Part shown: positions 1 to 12,622 of the stretch, one piece after another | Layout of the letters: each line of letters starts with the position of its first letter | Numbering within the stretch: position 1 is the first letter of the stretch | Assembly (NCBI RefSeq): GCF_006345805.1 | Contig: NC_043010.1 | Location: 31,806,001 to 31,870,000 of the forward strand | Source of the DNA: Octopus sinensis | Taxonomy: Eukaryota | Reading direction: 5' to 3' | DNA length: 64,000 bases | Program-made: the position numbers and the translations under genes | Notes under the pieces: model-generated | What the model was told of the DNA's origin: nothing | Database searches by the model: none | Seen by the model: only the letters and a program-made list of their open reading frames with translations

Positions 1-89
1 CCCTATCCAAGTTGGGTGGTGGTGGTAGCAAAGAAAGTAGTGGGCCCTGTTTGAAATTTCAGAGTGTAAACTGTTACTTGTGTGTGCAG

Positions 90-520
90 GGAGAAAAGGT
101 TTCATCCATAATATTTAAAATATTTGTATTTGATGTAATAATGTTTAATTTTTCAGTGATGCAAAGTTTGCGTTTGCTGCCCTGTCCCCTGTATTAGTTG
201 GCCTTAGCAATAATGCTCCAGATTATCTGGGGGTTGTTCACACCTCTCCCTTTCAGTGTCCATACCATATTGGATAAAGATGTTGTGTGTTATTTGTTTA
301 GCCTCTAAACAAAACCAAATGCTCCATATAACTTTCTTTGAAGTTGTTTCCTGTCCTTCCGATATACGTTTTTTTTATTTGTTACTCCATTCAAATCCGT
401 GATGTTGGTCTTGTACCCCAGTTCTTTCTTCAGGTACTCATTGTTCAGCCATCTGCAGATCCAAAATTACATAGTCTTGGGTGGGGTGAAGGTTTCTAAT
501 ATTGTTATTTTATTGTGATC
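90..520 (-). mobile_element. Penelope-like element, degraded GIY-YIG endonuclease region
   Basis: Minus-strand translation across frameshifts gives CRWLNNEYLKKELGYKTNIT..KTYIGRTGNNFKESYMEH..IIWSIIAKAN*YRGQGSKRKLCITEKLNIITSN, the PLE GIY-YIG pattern. Confidence 0.6.
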
Positions 521-919
521 AAATACAATTGACCCTATATTGGGGAAGCAATAATAGATAACTTTAACTGTATTTCTATTGAAGATCTTAAGGTATTTAT
601 GTCAGTGTGGGAAGTGGTTTGATAAAACATTATCACATGATTTCTAAATTTGATCAATGGGATCTTGTTTCTCATCACATGTTTCTAGAATTAGTTTGAG
701 TTAAAAGAGATAGCCTGGCCCCCATTCATACATGAGAAAAAAAACCATTGAAAAGTGAATAACATACAATAAGATATAATAATATATAAATGTATTAAGA
801 TACATTAAATACATTATAATGCAGGTAGCTATAGCAATTAAAACCCAAAAAGTAAAATTAATAAATGAGGGTGCAAAATATCACCAACAATTGCTGGAAA
901 TGAGTGCTAAAATTTAACT

Positions 920-967
<48 letters not shown>

Positions 968-2755
968 TTTATCCTTGCAAATGAATACCACCTTGTAGTT
1001 GGTTGTGGGGCTTGCGTGTCTCCATGACCATGAGAGCTATGCTGGTGGGAGATTTGTCTCCTGGTAGGGCCACCCAAGCCAGACAGGTCGAAGGTTAGAG
1101 ACCAGGACTGAAACCAGGATAGGGACCTGGAACATCTGAACCCTATATGAGGCAGGAAAAAGTGCACAAGTGTGCAGAGAGATGCACAGTTACAATCTGA
1201 AGATTTTTGGCCTGTGTGAGACAAGATGAATGGGAACAGGATGTACAAGGCTCACAAGGGGTGACACCATCATCTACTCTGGACAGGAAGAAGCCCAGCT
1301 ACACACACACAGAGTAGCACTGTTGATGACACCTGAAGCAACATGAGCAATGCTGTCCTGGAAACCAGTGTCACCAAGGATCCTGACTGCAAGATTCAAC
1401 TCAAAGGGTAGGAAAGTTACCATCTTAAGTTGTCCCCACAAATACAGCAAATATGGTGGACAAAAAAGAGTTCTATGAGCAACTCCAAGTAGTCATGGAT
1501 AAAACACCAACGAGAGACCTGAAGATCCTTATGGGAGACTTGAATGCAAAAGTGGGAATGGACAAGAAAGACAGAGAATGATTCATGTGCTGACATGGCA
1601 TCAGAGAACAAAATGTAAATGGCGGACTTTTTACAAAATGTTCCTCCTTCAATGACCTAGTCATAGGAAGCACTGTCTTTCCTCACAAGAAGATCCACAA
1701 GACAACATAGATTTCCACTGGTGGCAAGACTGAAAACCAGATGGACAACATCACCATTGACAGAAAGTGGAGAGGGAGCCTGCATGACGTTAGAGTGAAG
1801 CGTGGAGCTGACACAGCATTGGATCACCACTTGGTAGTAGCAGTTTACAGGACCAAGCTGAACGACTTCAACAACTGAGCAGGAAAATCATCACAGAGGT
1901 ACAATGTATGCAGCCTGAAAGAGAAAGAAACAGCAGAAAGATTCAAGGTTGAACTGAGGAATAAGTTCAGTGCACTTTCACAATTTCTAGAGGAAACAAT
2001 AGAAGAATAGTGGCACAGTCTGAGTGAGATCTGGAGAACAACATGCACAAAAGTCCTGGGGATGAAGACAAGGAAACGCAAGAAGTGGTTAATAACAGAA
2101 ACATGGAAACTGATCACAGAGAGAAAACAACTGAAAGACCAGATCAGCCAGACACAAGATCAAGAACAGAAGCAAAAACTACAAGCAGATTACTGGGAGA
2201 AAAACCAGAATGTGAAGACAAATGCAAGGAAGGACAAGAGAAATGTCATTGAGGAGTTGACTGAGGAGGCAGAGACTACAGCAGGCGAAAGGAATATGAA
2301 GAGACTGTATGAGATCACCAGAACACTCTCTGGAAAAGCCAGCAACCCCAGCCGTCCAGTCAAAAATAAGGCTGGAAACATTATCCCAGGTGAAGAAACT
2401 GAGCTCCTAGACATCAATACCAACCCACCAACCAAGACTGAGATCACTAAAGCCATCAAGTCCCTTAACCCTTTTGATACCAACCCGGCCAAAAACGCCT
2501 CTGGCTCTGTAGTACAAATGTCTTACTTTCATAAATATTGAATTAAAATCTTCCACCAAACCTTAGTCACAATTTATGTTCCTAACACTAGCCTAATGAT
2601 AACTAAGTTCTTTTTCTAAATTCCTCGTTACAATTAAAATTAATTGAATGAAACATAGAGCATCTCAAAATAAATACGGTAATGAAAGGGTTGTCAGGAA
2701 AGGCAGCAAGCCTTGATGCGATACCACATGAAGCACTGAAGGCACACATTTTAAG
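968..2755 (+). mobile_element. RTE-clade LINE, 5' part (5' UTR, APE endonuclease, linker), decayed and 3'-truncated
   Basis: APE motifs ILMGDLNAKVG and NDLVIGSTVFPHKKIHK..ENQMDNITID..DHHLV. ORF 2062-2541 ends ..PPTKTEITKAIKSL and resumes as SGKAASLDAIPHEALKA after an insertion at 2469-2690. Confidence 0.85.
2469..2690. mobile_element. piggyBac-like MITE inserted in the RTE
   Basis: Starts TTAA|CCCTTTTGATACC and ends GGTAATGAAAGGG|TT (imperfect TIR). It interrupts the RTE reading frame. Confidence 0.65.
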
Positions 2756-2933
2756 TTCCGCAAAGATCAGTACTTAACTGCAGCTCTTGATGGTCCAAAT
2801 CAGATATGCAATCTATGTGCATGTCTTTCCAATATATTGTCTTTACAAAGCCACATCAGACGCCATGATGGGTCTAAGGTGTAGGTACAGGAGATGGTCA
2901 GACTCTGCATAAGGAGTAGACAACCACCATATA

Positions 2934-3140
2934 CAGGGTGTCATAGAAGTCACGCACCACCCTGGTTTTAAAAAAAAATACACTCTTATTGATTTCAAAA
3001 ACACTTTACTGAAAATAATCGTAACAAATGCTCAAATTGAGCAGCCTCTGCAATTAAAAATGCATCAATTATAAAAGTAAAATGAATTGCATGAATTACT
3101 TTTAATGAAAACCAGAATGGTGCGTGATTTCTGGAACACC

Positions 3141-3143
<3 letters not shown>
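2934..3143. mobile_element. Tc1/mariner-type MITE
   Basis: TA|CAGGGTGTCATAGAAGTCACGCACCA ... TGGTGCGTGATTTCTGGAACACCCTG|TA: ~26-bp imperfect TIRs with TA target duplication. Confidence 0.8.
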
Positions 3144-3177
<34 letters not shown>

Positions 3178-3179
<2 letters not shown>

Positions 3180-3415
3180 GGGAAGCTTTATGAAGATAGA
3201 CAAAAGACGAAGGCAGGTTTACGGAAATAAACAAAAGACGAAGGCAGGTGGAATACAAACAAACAATTGTATTAGTAAGGCGCTCAGGAAATATAAATAA
3301 AACAAGTCTTTAACGTTTCGAGCCTACGCTCTTCAACAGAAAGATACACAGAGAAAAAACACAGAAAGAAGGAGAGAAAAAAAATATGCGTGCAGAAGCT
3401 AGCGAATCAACATGG

Positions 3416-3420
<5 letters not shown>
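3178..3420 (-). repeat. Dispersed repeat carrying an HHR-like motif, probably PLE pseudo-LTR-derived (other copies 6032-6150, 25985-26095, 63175-63315)
   Basis: The same sequence (..GAAGAGCGTAGGCTCGAAACGT..) occurs four times in the window, each next to (TA)n. Confidence 0.7.
3307..3344 (-). ncRNA. Minimal hammerhead-like motif with A6U core
   Basis: TCTTT-CTGTTGA-A-GAGC-GTAG-GCTC-GAA-ACGT-T-AAAGA. Stems I and II pair, and stem III is the palindrome ACGT. Confidence 0.55.
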
Positions 3421-3457
<37 letters not shown>

Positions 3458-3504
3458 AAATATATCAAAATATATATATTTATCTATATCTATATTATAT
3501 ATGT

Positions 3505-3548
<44 letters not shown>

Positions 3549-3770
3549 TGTGGTGTGTGTGTGTGGTGTGGTGTGTATGTGTGTGTATTTATGTGGTTTT
3601 ATGTTCCTTGTAGTAAGCCAATGAAGCACATTCACTGCCCATGGCTACCTGACATCATCTACAGTAGATCTACATCGGGAATTCCTCAGTGTACACTGGG
3701 TATATAGCAAATGATAGAGATGGAAAATGGAATACATGGGAAACTTTATTTTGTGTATTCCATTTTCCAC

Positions 3771-3847
<77 letters not shown>

Positions 3848-4744
3848 AAATATCATATAATATAATTGTGTTGTATTCAGTATAAGATTAGACTGTAAAT
3901 GAGAAATGAGCCATCTGTATTTACACAACAATAATAGTATTCAAATATATTATTGTTTTTGAAGTTTTGCATATTTCAAATGTTCTATGAATAAATCTGA
4001 ATAAATTGTATCAAATCTTTGTTTTTTGTTTTGTTTTGTTTGTTTTTTTTGTTTTTTTTTACTTCAAGGACTCAAGTTTCTCAAGTTTATGTCATAAAGA
4101 ATTTCTGACATTGCAACGAGTAACATTGATTGTAATATTGGAAACCTTTATAATGAGAGTAAAACACATGCATGCTGTTGTTTAGACCTGTCAAAGTAAT
4201 TTTTCTTTCACCAACTGCTGGTGTAGTCATAGCCAGATCTGTCGGAACATCCACATGGTTGTTTTACTTGTTAGGAAAAGCAGCTATATCTCCTTCAAAT
4301 TATACTCTACCATCTTTGATAAGGAAATAACACATTAGATAATGTTGTTCAGCATTTGTGTAAAAGGATAAGGTGGTCACAGTTGGAATACACTTGATCA
4401 TATGTCTGTCTGGTCTATTAGAACTAATCTGGAGTAAAAGGAGGAGGAGGAGGAGGAGGAGGAACTCAAATTGAAACTACTTCTGGATAAAGTTCTTTGA
4501 ATACCTCACAGAGAAAAAAAAAAGGTTTAGGGATTAATACTAAAACCGACAGATCTGGAGTAGAGAAGGCATGTTATTGATAAGGCTGTAAATAGTGACA
4601 AAAAGATGTTGATAAACCTAGCCAACTGATTAACTGACTGAATGATTAATCAAACAATTGATTAGTAATGGAAAAAAAAAAAGAAGTGAAATAAAACCAG
4701 TGCATTTATTATTACATCTACAGGCAATAAAGGATTTCTCTTAC

Positions 4745-5160
4745 AATGTCAAGGGCAGATAGTATGATGCTTGCATCTGAAGTGAGCTGCTGCATGGCAG
4801 TGAAACATGGGCCTTGAATGCGGAAAATGTGAAGACTAGAAAGAACTGAGATGAACATATTTCACTGGTTGTGCTGTAAGGGTGCATGAACGACAAATTA
4901 TAAATGAATTGTGTATAAGAAGAATCAAGTATGTGTGTGCAAAAAGAGACTGCAATTGTATGGGGCATGGAGCAGATGGAGGTTGACAGCTGCATAATGA
5001 GTACTGAATGCTCAGAGCGAATTGTACCTGTGGAAGAGGTTGACAAAAGAAGGCCTGGGATATGATAATGAAAAATGATCTCAAATATTACATCTGATGA
5101 AGGAGATTACAGAAGACTATGTCAGCTGATGATATGTAGTACTTCTGATTTCCTGCACAA
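4745..5160 (+). mobile_element. RTE LINE 3' fragment (RT C-terminus)
   Basis: LLHGSETWALNAENV..RVHERQIINEL..LQLYG..EVDSCI: RTE C-terminal motifs, frameshifted. Confidence 0.75.
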
Positions 5161-6036
5161 ACTTTTAGAATGGCTGCTAAAATAGTTGGATAATCTACAC
5201 TCCTCTAAGCCTACACCTATTCCATACCCTCTCATTGCTTTATCATCTCATCTGTTCTTCTACCATGACACCCACCCTTTGAATTCTGAATAGCCCCCTA
5301 CCCCATCACTCACTTTGTACTTTCCCTCCTTCTTCTACCCTGCATCATGATACTTCAATGGGGAGGGAAGGATTGGACTCTTGAAACCTTCACTCACACT
5401 CTCTCAGTCATCTGTCACCTTGATCTCCTCTGTTCACCTTCTTTGGTATGTACTTATACTCTAGCACCTCCTCCTTCTCTATCACTCTCCCCTCTACCAC
5501 TCTTTCACAACAATAGATTCATTCCTCCTATCATACTGTAACTTCTCCCTATATTCCTTCTTTCTCTTATTCTCTCTTTCAGTGGTAGAAACTATGCTTT
5601 TACTGTCTGATTGGTGCTGGTGTCACAGAACAAAAATACATTCAGTACATACTGCAAAAGGTTTGGCATCAGGAAGGGTATCCAGCCACAGAAATCATAC
5701 TAAAACTAAAGCATTGGAGCAAGATGCAGTTCTCCAAGTCATCAGATCATGACAAACCATCTAACCCATGCCTGCATGGAAAGTGGGTGTAAAATGATGA
5801 GGAAAATTATAATACATATTCACAAATATACACATGTACACATAAACACGTCTGCATATATGTACATACACATATATACATGCATACAAAATATGTGTGT
5901 ATGCGTGCATATATGTGTATGTGTGTGCATGTGTGTATGCATAACTATAATTCTTTCAGAACTGCCAATAACTGTACATAGATGCCTGAGGAAGAAAAGT
6001 TAATGAAAGAGATCTCCCCACCAAATCTCAGACAAG

Positions 6037-6074
6037 TCTTTAACGTTTCGAGCCTACGCTCTTCAACAGAAAGA
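6037..6074 (-). ncRNA. Minimal hammerhead-like motif with A6U core (duplicate copy)
   Basis: Identical to 3307-3344. Confidence 0.55.
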
Positions 6075-6148
6075 TACACAGAGAAAAAAACACAGAAAGA
6101 AGGAGAGAAAAAAAATATGCGTGCAGAAGCTAGCGAATCAACATGGCG

Positions 6149-6187
<39 letters not shown>

Positions 6188-6222
6188 AAATATATCAAAA
6201 TATATATATTTATATCTATATC

Positions 6223-6266
<44 letters not shown>

Positions 6267-6268
<2 letters not shown>

Positions 6269-6611
6269 CAACAATTGAGGGCAAAATTAATAATCATTAA
6301 TCACTTCACCAAGTGTTCAGTATGCAAAGGGACCCATTCAAGGCGAATTCAAATTATTACATTATATAAAAGGGGGCTTAGTAAAATAAATTACTTTGCC
6401 GCATACTGAACTCATTAGAAATAGCAGCTAAAAAACTTTTTAAGGCTATTTCTAATACTTAAAGAAAATCTCTCTCATATATAGTTTTTTGCATAATTCA
6501 ACTCACAAAAGTTTGGGGTAAGGGCATCGAAAAATCAAATGCTAAGGTTATTCGAGAACGTACGTTTCAAGATTAGTCAAAACAACATTTCTATCATCGG
6601 CTCGGAAATTC
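6267..6611 (-). mobile_element. Short HHR-bearing insertion in a (TA)n tract, probably PLE pseudo-LTR-derived
   Basis: Absent from copy 1 and flanked by (TA)n. Contains the inverted repeats GTTCAGTATGC/GCATACTGAAC and TAGAAATAGC/GCTATTTCTA, plus an HHR-like motif. Confidence 0.6.
6553..6604 (-). ncRNA. Hammerhead-like motif with U4C core
   Basis: CGAG-CCGATGA-TAGA..TCTT-GAAA-CGTACG-TT-CTCG. Stem III is the palindrome ACGTACGT; stem II is weak. Confidence 0.5.
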
Positions 6612-6857
6612 CTATATATATATATCTGGTGGTGGTGGTGTGGTGTGTTGTGTGTGGTGTGTATGTGTGTGTATTTATGTGGGTGTTTATGTTCCTTGTA
6701 GTAAGCCAATGAAGCACATTCACTGCCCATGGCTACCTGACATCATCTACAGTAGATCTACATCGGGAATTCCTCAGTGTACACTGGGTATATAGCAATG
6801 ATAGAGATGGAAAATGGAATACATGGGAAACTTTATTTTGTGTATTCCATTTTCCAC

Positions 6858-6912
<55 letters not shown>

Positions 6913-7832
6913 ATATATATATTATATATAATATAAATATCATATAATATAATTGTGTTGTATTCAGTATAAGATTAGACTGTAATGAGAAATGAGCCAT
7001 CTGTATTTACACAACAATAATAGTATTCAAATATATTATTGTTTTTGAAGTTTTGCATATTTCAAATGTTCTATGAATAAATCTGAATAAATTGTATCAA
7101 ATCTTTGTTTTTTGTTTTGTTTTGTTTGTTTTTTTTGTTTTTTTTTACTTCAAGGACTCAAGTTTCTCAAGTTTATGTCATAAAGAATTTCTGACATTGC
7201 AACGAGTAACATTGATTGTAATATTGGAAACCTTTATAATGAGAGTAAAACACATGCATGCTGTTGTTTAGACCTGTCAAAGTAATTTTTCTTTCACCAA
7301 CTGCTGGTGTAGTCATAGCCAGATCTGTCGGAACATCCACATGGTTGTTTTACTTGTTAGGAAAAGCAGCTATATCTCCTTCAAATTATACTCTACCATC
7401 TTTGATAAGGAAATAACACATTAGATAATGTTGTTCAGCATTTGTGTAAAAGGATAAGGTGGTCACAGTTGGAATACACTTGATCATATGTCTGTCTGGT
7501 CTATTAGAACTAATCTGGAGTAAAAGGAGGAGGAGGAGGAGGAGGAGGAGGAACTCAAATTGAAACTACTTCTGGATAAAGTTCTTTGAATACCTCACAG
7601 AGAAAAAAAAAAGGTTTAGGGATTAATACTAAAACCGACAGATCTGGAGTAGAGAAGGCATGTTATTGATAAGGCTGTAAATAGTGACAAAAAGATGTTG
7701 ATAAACCTAGCCAACTGATTAACTGACTGAATGATTAATCAAACAATTGATTAGTAATGGAAAAAAAAAAAGAAGTGAAATAAAACCAGTGCATTTATTA
7801 TTACATCTACAGGCAATAAAGGATTTCTCTTA

Positions 7833-8250
7833 CAATGTCAAGGGCAGATAGTATGATGCTTGCATCTGAAGTGAGCTGCTGCATGGCAGTGAAACATGGG
7901 CCTTGAATGCGGAAAATGTGAAGACTAGAAAGAACTGAGATGAACATATTTCACTGGTTGTGCTGTAAGGGTGCATGAACGACAAATTATAAATGAATTG
8001 TGTATAAGAAGAATCAGATGTAGTGTGCAAAAGAAGAGACTGCAATTGTATGGGTGCATGGAGCAGATGGAGGTTGACAGCTGCATAATGAGTACTGAAT
8101 GCTCAGAGCGAATTGTACCTGTGGAAGAGGTTGACAAAAGAAGGCCTGGGATATGATAATGAAAAATGATCTCAAATATTACATCTGATGAAGGAGATTA
8201 CAGAAGACTATGTCAGCTGATGATATGTAGTACTTCTGATTTCCTGCACA
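7833..8250 (+). mobile_element. RTE LINE 3' fragment (duplicate of 4745-5160)
   Basis: Lies in duplication copy 2. ORF 7971-8156 reads HERQIINELCIRRIRCSVQKKRLQLYG. Confidence 0.75.
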
Positions 8251-9365
8251 AACTTCTTAGAATGGCTGCTAAAATAGTTGGATAATCTACACTCCTCTAA
8301 GCCTACACCTATTCCATACCCTCTCATTGCTTTATCATCTCATCTGTTCTTCTACCATGACACCCACCCCTTTGAATTCTGAATAGCCCCCTACCTCCAT
8401 CACTCACTTTGTACTTTCCCTCCTTCTTCTACCCTGCATCATGATACTTCAATGGGGAGGGAAGGATTGGACTCTTGAAACCTTCACTCACACTCTCTCA
8501 GTCATCTGTCACCTTGATCTCCTCTGTTCACCTTCTTTGGTATGTTACTTATACTCTAGCACCTCCTCCTTCTCTATCACTCTCCCCTCTACCACTCTTT
8601 CACAACAATAGATTCATTCCTCCTATCATACTGTAACTTCTCCCTATATTCCTTCTTTCTCTTATTCTCTCTTTCAGTGGTAGAAACTATGCTTTTACTG
8701 TCTGATTGGTGCTGGTGTCACAGAACAAAAATACATTCAGTACATACTGCAAAAGGTTTGGCATCAGGAAGGGTATCCAACCACAGAAATCATACTAAAA
8801 CTAAAGCATTGGAGCAAGATGCAGTTCTCCAAGTCATCAGATCATGACAAACCATCTAACCCATGCCTGCATGGAAAGTGGGTGTAAAATGATGAGGAAA
8901 ATTATAATACATATTCACAAATATACACATGTACACATAAACACGTCTGCATATATGTACATACACATATATACATGCATACAAAATATGTGTGTATGCG
9001 TGCATATATGTGTATGTGTGTGCATGTGTGTATGCATAACTATAATTCTTTCAGAACTGCCAATAACTGTACATAGATGCCTGAGGAAGAAAAGTTAATG
9101 AAAGAGATCTCCCCACCAAATCTCAGACATAAAACCATCATTACAGCTACTAAGCCCCAAATATGAATTGCAATCATTAAGTGCTCTTACATGCAATACC
9201 AAGCTGCTTAACAATTTAAATATCCATTTTGTCTGCTTGGTTGTCAATTATGCTCTCTCTTTTTCTTTCATTCTTCTTTCACTTTCTCTATCTTTCACTC
9301 TTTTTCACTTAACTCTCTATGTATTCAGTGATATAAGATATAAGATGCAAATACACACACACACA

Positions 9366-9402
<37 letters not shown>

Positions 9403-10006
9403 TATATATATATATAAACAATGAATTAAATAGAGAGATACAATTGACAATCCAACGATTTATTTATATTATAATATAACATAATATACTATGAATATGA
9501 ATATAATATAATATAACATTAAAAATTCATTAAAAAAATAAAACACTTTTTTCAACTTATATACATTTTTTGATATATAAACAATTTAATTCACTTATAT
9601 AAGTCTCATCAGAGCTAAAATTTAGAGATGAAATTCCTCATGAAAGGACGGCTAGATAGTAAAAGAATTAACTCAAAAGCCTATGTATTATGAGCTTGAG
9701 TGTTAACATTTCAACTACATAGCAATTACAATTAAAAAACAACAAAATTATAACGGAAAAAATAATTAAATAATTAACTATCGAAATAATATTAATCCAA
9801 ACTCGTTTAGGTCAAAGACAATCTTTCGCTATTATAATAACATGCAACAACAATATCTAGGTATTTAAATTAAGAATTAGAGTCTTACTTAATCTAGAAA
9901 CTGTAATAAAATGTGTAAAAAGAAATACAAAGTATAATTATATTGGTAATATATAAGAACTCTTCTATTCATTTAAAGTTATTGATATAAAAAAGATTGT
10001 TTAAAC

Positions 10007-10197
10007 AATTGCAGCGTGGAAGGTGTTTGTAAGCCATTTAAGAAACACCACAAAAGCTGTTCAATTCATTGTCAGTGAACAGGTTGCGGATTTTAGCGAC
10101 GAAAATATTTTGACAAATTAAACTTAAATGTTGAAGTGAATCGAATGGCTTTTGTGTGTTTCTTAAATGGCTTACAAACACCTTCCACGCTGCAATT
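10007..10197. mobile_element. Fold-back MITE with ~50-bp inverted arms
   Basis: AATTGCAGCGTGGAAGGTGTTTGTAAGCCATTTAAGAAACAC.. and its reverse complement end the element. Confidence 0.75.
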
Positions 10198-10931
10198 ATT
10201 TTCGTTCCAGCACACGATCTCAGATCAAATCACTTGCTATGCGAGTACATCTCCGAGATTGTTTAAAGTAACTAATAAAAAATGTTCTTTATTCATTTAG
10301 TTTATTGGAAGAGAAATATGAAGAGAAACATAACAAAAATGTTCTTTGTTTACTTAATTTATCATTTGAAGTTACTTAAATATGGATTATTATTCGTATA
10401 TTATGGAAGGGAGAACTCAGTAAATAAAAATTAAGTAATATAAAATCATTAAAAATCAAAAGGCAGAAACAGGAGGTACATGGTTGCATAAAATTGTACA
10501 TACAATGTCTATCTATCTATCTATCTATCTATCTATATAAATATATATACACACACACACACATATATATATACATATATATATATTGAATTTGGCGAAA
10601 CTGCAGTATAAGAAAAGTTAAGTTTGTAAAAGTTTTTATTCTCATCTCACTAAATTTATCCAGCTATTGTGTATCTAGTACACTCTTCGCCTTGAATGTA
10701 ATGATATATGTATAATATATGGCGTGTACTGGTACACGGCGATTATAATTAATTTTATTGTATCGCATTATCTTTGTTTACATATTCTCTCGATAAATTT
10801 CTGACCGTTAGACGATATACCACAATCCCCTATTTTGTCGGGTTTGTTCGGAGTCTGCGCAGTGTTTTGAATAGTTTAGAAAGAGCATTTCGATAGACGC
10901 ACATGGATCTATTGGTATGGTCTTTCCATCA

Positions 10932-11022
10932 TTAACAGGAATCTTACTGAGGAGCCAGCCTGAGTAAATAAATACTATTTTTATTACTGAATTTGGCGAA
11001 ACTGCAGTATAAGAAAAGTTAA
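10932..11022 (+). ncRNA. Type I hammerhead ribozyme, unit 1
   Basis: TTAAC-AGGAA-TCTTA-CTGAGGA-GCCA..TGGC-GAAA-CTGCAG-TA/TAAGA-AAA-GTTAA. Complete core (CUGANGA, GAAA, UH) with stems I-III paired. Confidence 0.9.
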
Positions 11023-11344
11023 GTTTGTAAAAGTTTTTAATTCTCATCTCACTAAATTTATCCAGCTATTGGGTATCTAGTACACTCTTCGCCTTGAATG
11101 TAATGATATATGTATAATATATGGCGTGTACTGGTACACCGGCGATTATAATTAATTTTATTGTATCGCATTTATCTTTGTTTACATATTCTCTCGATAA
11201 ATTTCTGACCGTTAGACGATATACCACAATCCCCTATTTTGTCGGGTTTGTTCGGAGTCTGCGCAGTGTTTTGAATAGTTTAGAAAGAGCATTTCGATAG
11301 ACGCACATGGATCTATTGGTATGGTCTTTCCATCATTAACAGGA

Positions 11345-11417
11345 TCTTACTGAGGAGCCAGCCTGAGTAAATAAATACTATTTTTATTACTGAATTTGGC
11401 GAAACTGCAGTATAAGA
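11345..11417 (+). ncRNA. Type I hammerhead ribozyme, unit 2
   Basis: Core CTGAGGA at 11350-11356, GAAA at 11401-11404, cleavage after 11412. Confidence 0.9.
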
Positions 11418-11748
11418 AAAGTTAAGTTTGTAAAAGTTTTTAATTCTCATCTCACTAAATTTATCCAGCTATTGTGTATCTAGTACACTCTTCGCCTTGA
11501 ATGTAATGATATATGTATAATATATGGCGTGTACTGGTACACACGGCGATTATAATTAATTTTATTGTATCGCATTTTCTTTGTTTACATATTCTCTCGA
11601 TAAATTTCTGACCGTTAGACGATATACCACAATCCCCTATTTTGTCGGGTTTGTTCGGAGTCTGCGCAGTGTTTTGAATAGTTTAGAAAGAGCATTTCGA
11701 TAGACGCACATGGATCTATTGGTATGGTCTTTCCATCATTAACAGGAA

Positions 11749-11821
11749 TCTTACTGAGGAGCCAGCCTGAGTAAATAAATACTATTTTTATTACTGAATT
11801 TGGCGAAACTGCAGTATAAGA
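11749..11821 (+). ncRNA. Type I hammerhead ribozyme, unit 3
   Basis: Core CTGAGGA at 11754-11760, GAAA at 11805-11808, cleavage after 11816. Confidence 0.9.
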
Positions 11822-12148
11822 AAAGTTAAGTTGTAAAAGTTTTTAATTCTCATCTCACTAAATTTATCCAGCTATGTGTATCTAGTACACTCTTCGCCTT
11901 GATGTAATGATATATGTATAATATATGGCGTGTACTGGTACACCGGCGATTATAATTAATTTTATTGTATCGCATTTATCTTTGTTTACATATTCTCTCG
12001 ATAATTTCTGACCGTTAGACGATATACCACAATCCCCTATTTTGTCGGGTTTGTTCGGAGTCTGCGCAGTGTTTTGAATAGTTTAGAAAGAGCATTTCGA
12101 TAGACGCACATGGATCTATTGGTATGGTCTTTCCATCATTAACAGGAA

Positions 12149-12221
12149 TCTTACTGAGGAGCCAGCCTGAGTAAATAAATACTATTTTTATTACTGAATT
12201 TGGCGAAACTGCAGTATAAGA
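12149..12221 (+). ncRNA. Type I hammerhead ribozyme, unit 4
   Basis: Core CTGAGGA at 12154-12160, cleavage after 12216. Confidence 0.9.
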
Positions 12222-12549
12222 AAAGTTAAGTTTGTATAAGTTTTTAATTCTCATCTCACTAATTTATCCAGCTATTGTGTATCTAGTACACTCTTCGCCT
12301 TGAATGTATGATATATGTATAATATATGGCGTGTACTGGTACACCGGCGATTATAATAATTTTATTGTATCGCATTTATCTTTGTTTACATATTCTCTCG
12401 ATAAATTTCTGACCGTTAGACGATATACCACAATCCCCTATTTTGTCGGGTTTGTTCGGAGTCTGCGCAGTGTTTTGAATAGTTTAGAAAGAGCATTTCG
12501 ATAGACGCACATGGATCTATTGGTATGGTCTTTCCATCATTAACAGGAA

Positions 12550-12622
12550 TCTTACTGAGGAGCCAGCCTGAGTAAATAAATACTATTTTTATTACTGAAT
12601 TTGGCGAAACTGCAGTATAAGA
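12550..12622 (+). ncRNA. Type I hammerhead ribozyme, unit 5
   Basis: Core CTGAGGA at 12555-12561, GAAA at 12606-12609, cleavage after 12617. Confidence 0.9.

Larger units (their letters stand above)
3302..6034 (+). repeat. Tandem segmental duplication, copy 1
   Basis: Near-identical to 6032-9129. The junction at 6032-6034 has ACA microhomology. Confidence 0.9.
6032..9129 (+). repeat. Tandem segmental duplication, copy 2 (with ~345-bp extra segment)
   Basis: Matches 3302-6034 apart from small indels and the segment 6267-6611. Confidence 0.9.

Noticed and set aside
2770-2930. Possible tiny PLE fragment on the minus strand (RQYIGKT)
   Set aside because: A single short motif that needs frameshifts.
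9575-9618. HHR-like CTGATGA-GACTT-ATAT-AAGT-GAAT on the minus strand
   Set aside because: GAAA is mutated, the stem II closing base is missing and stem I does not pair; at most a dead remnant.
11120-11260. Pol III A/B-box-like words in the array unit (TGGCGTGTACTGG; GTTCGGAGTC)
   Set aside because: The matches are loose and ~110 nt apart, not enough to call a promoter.
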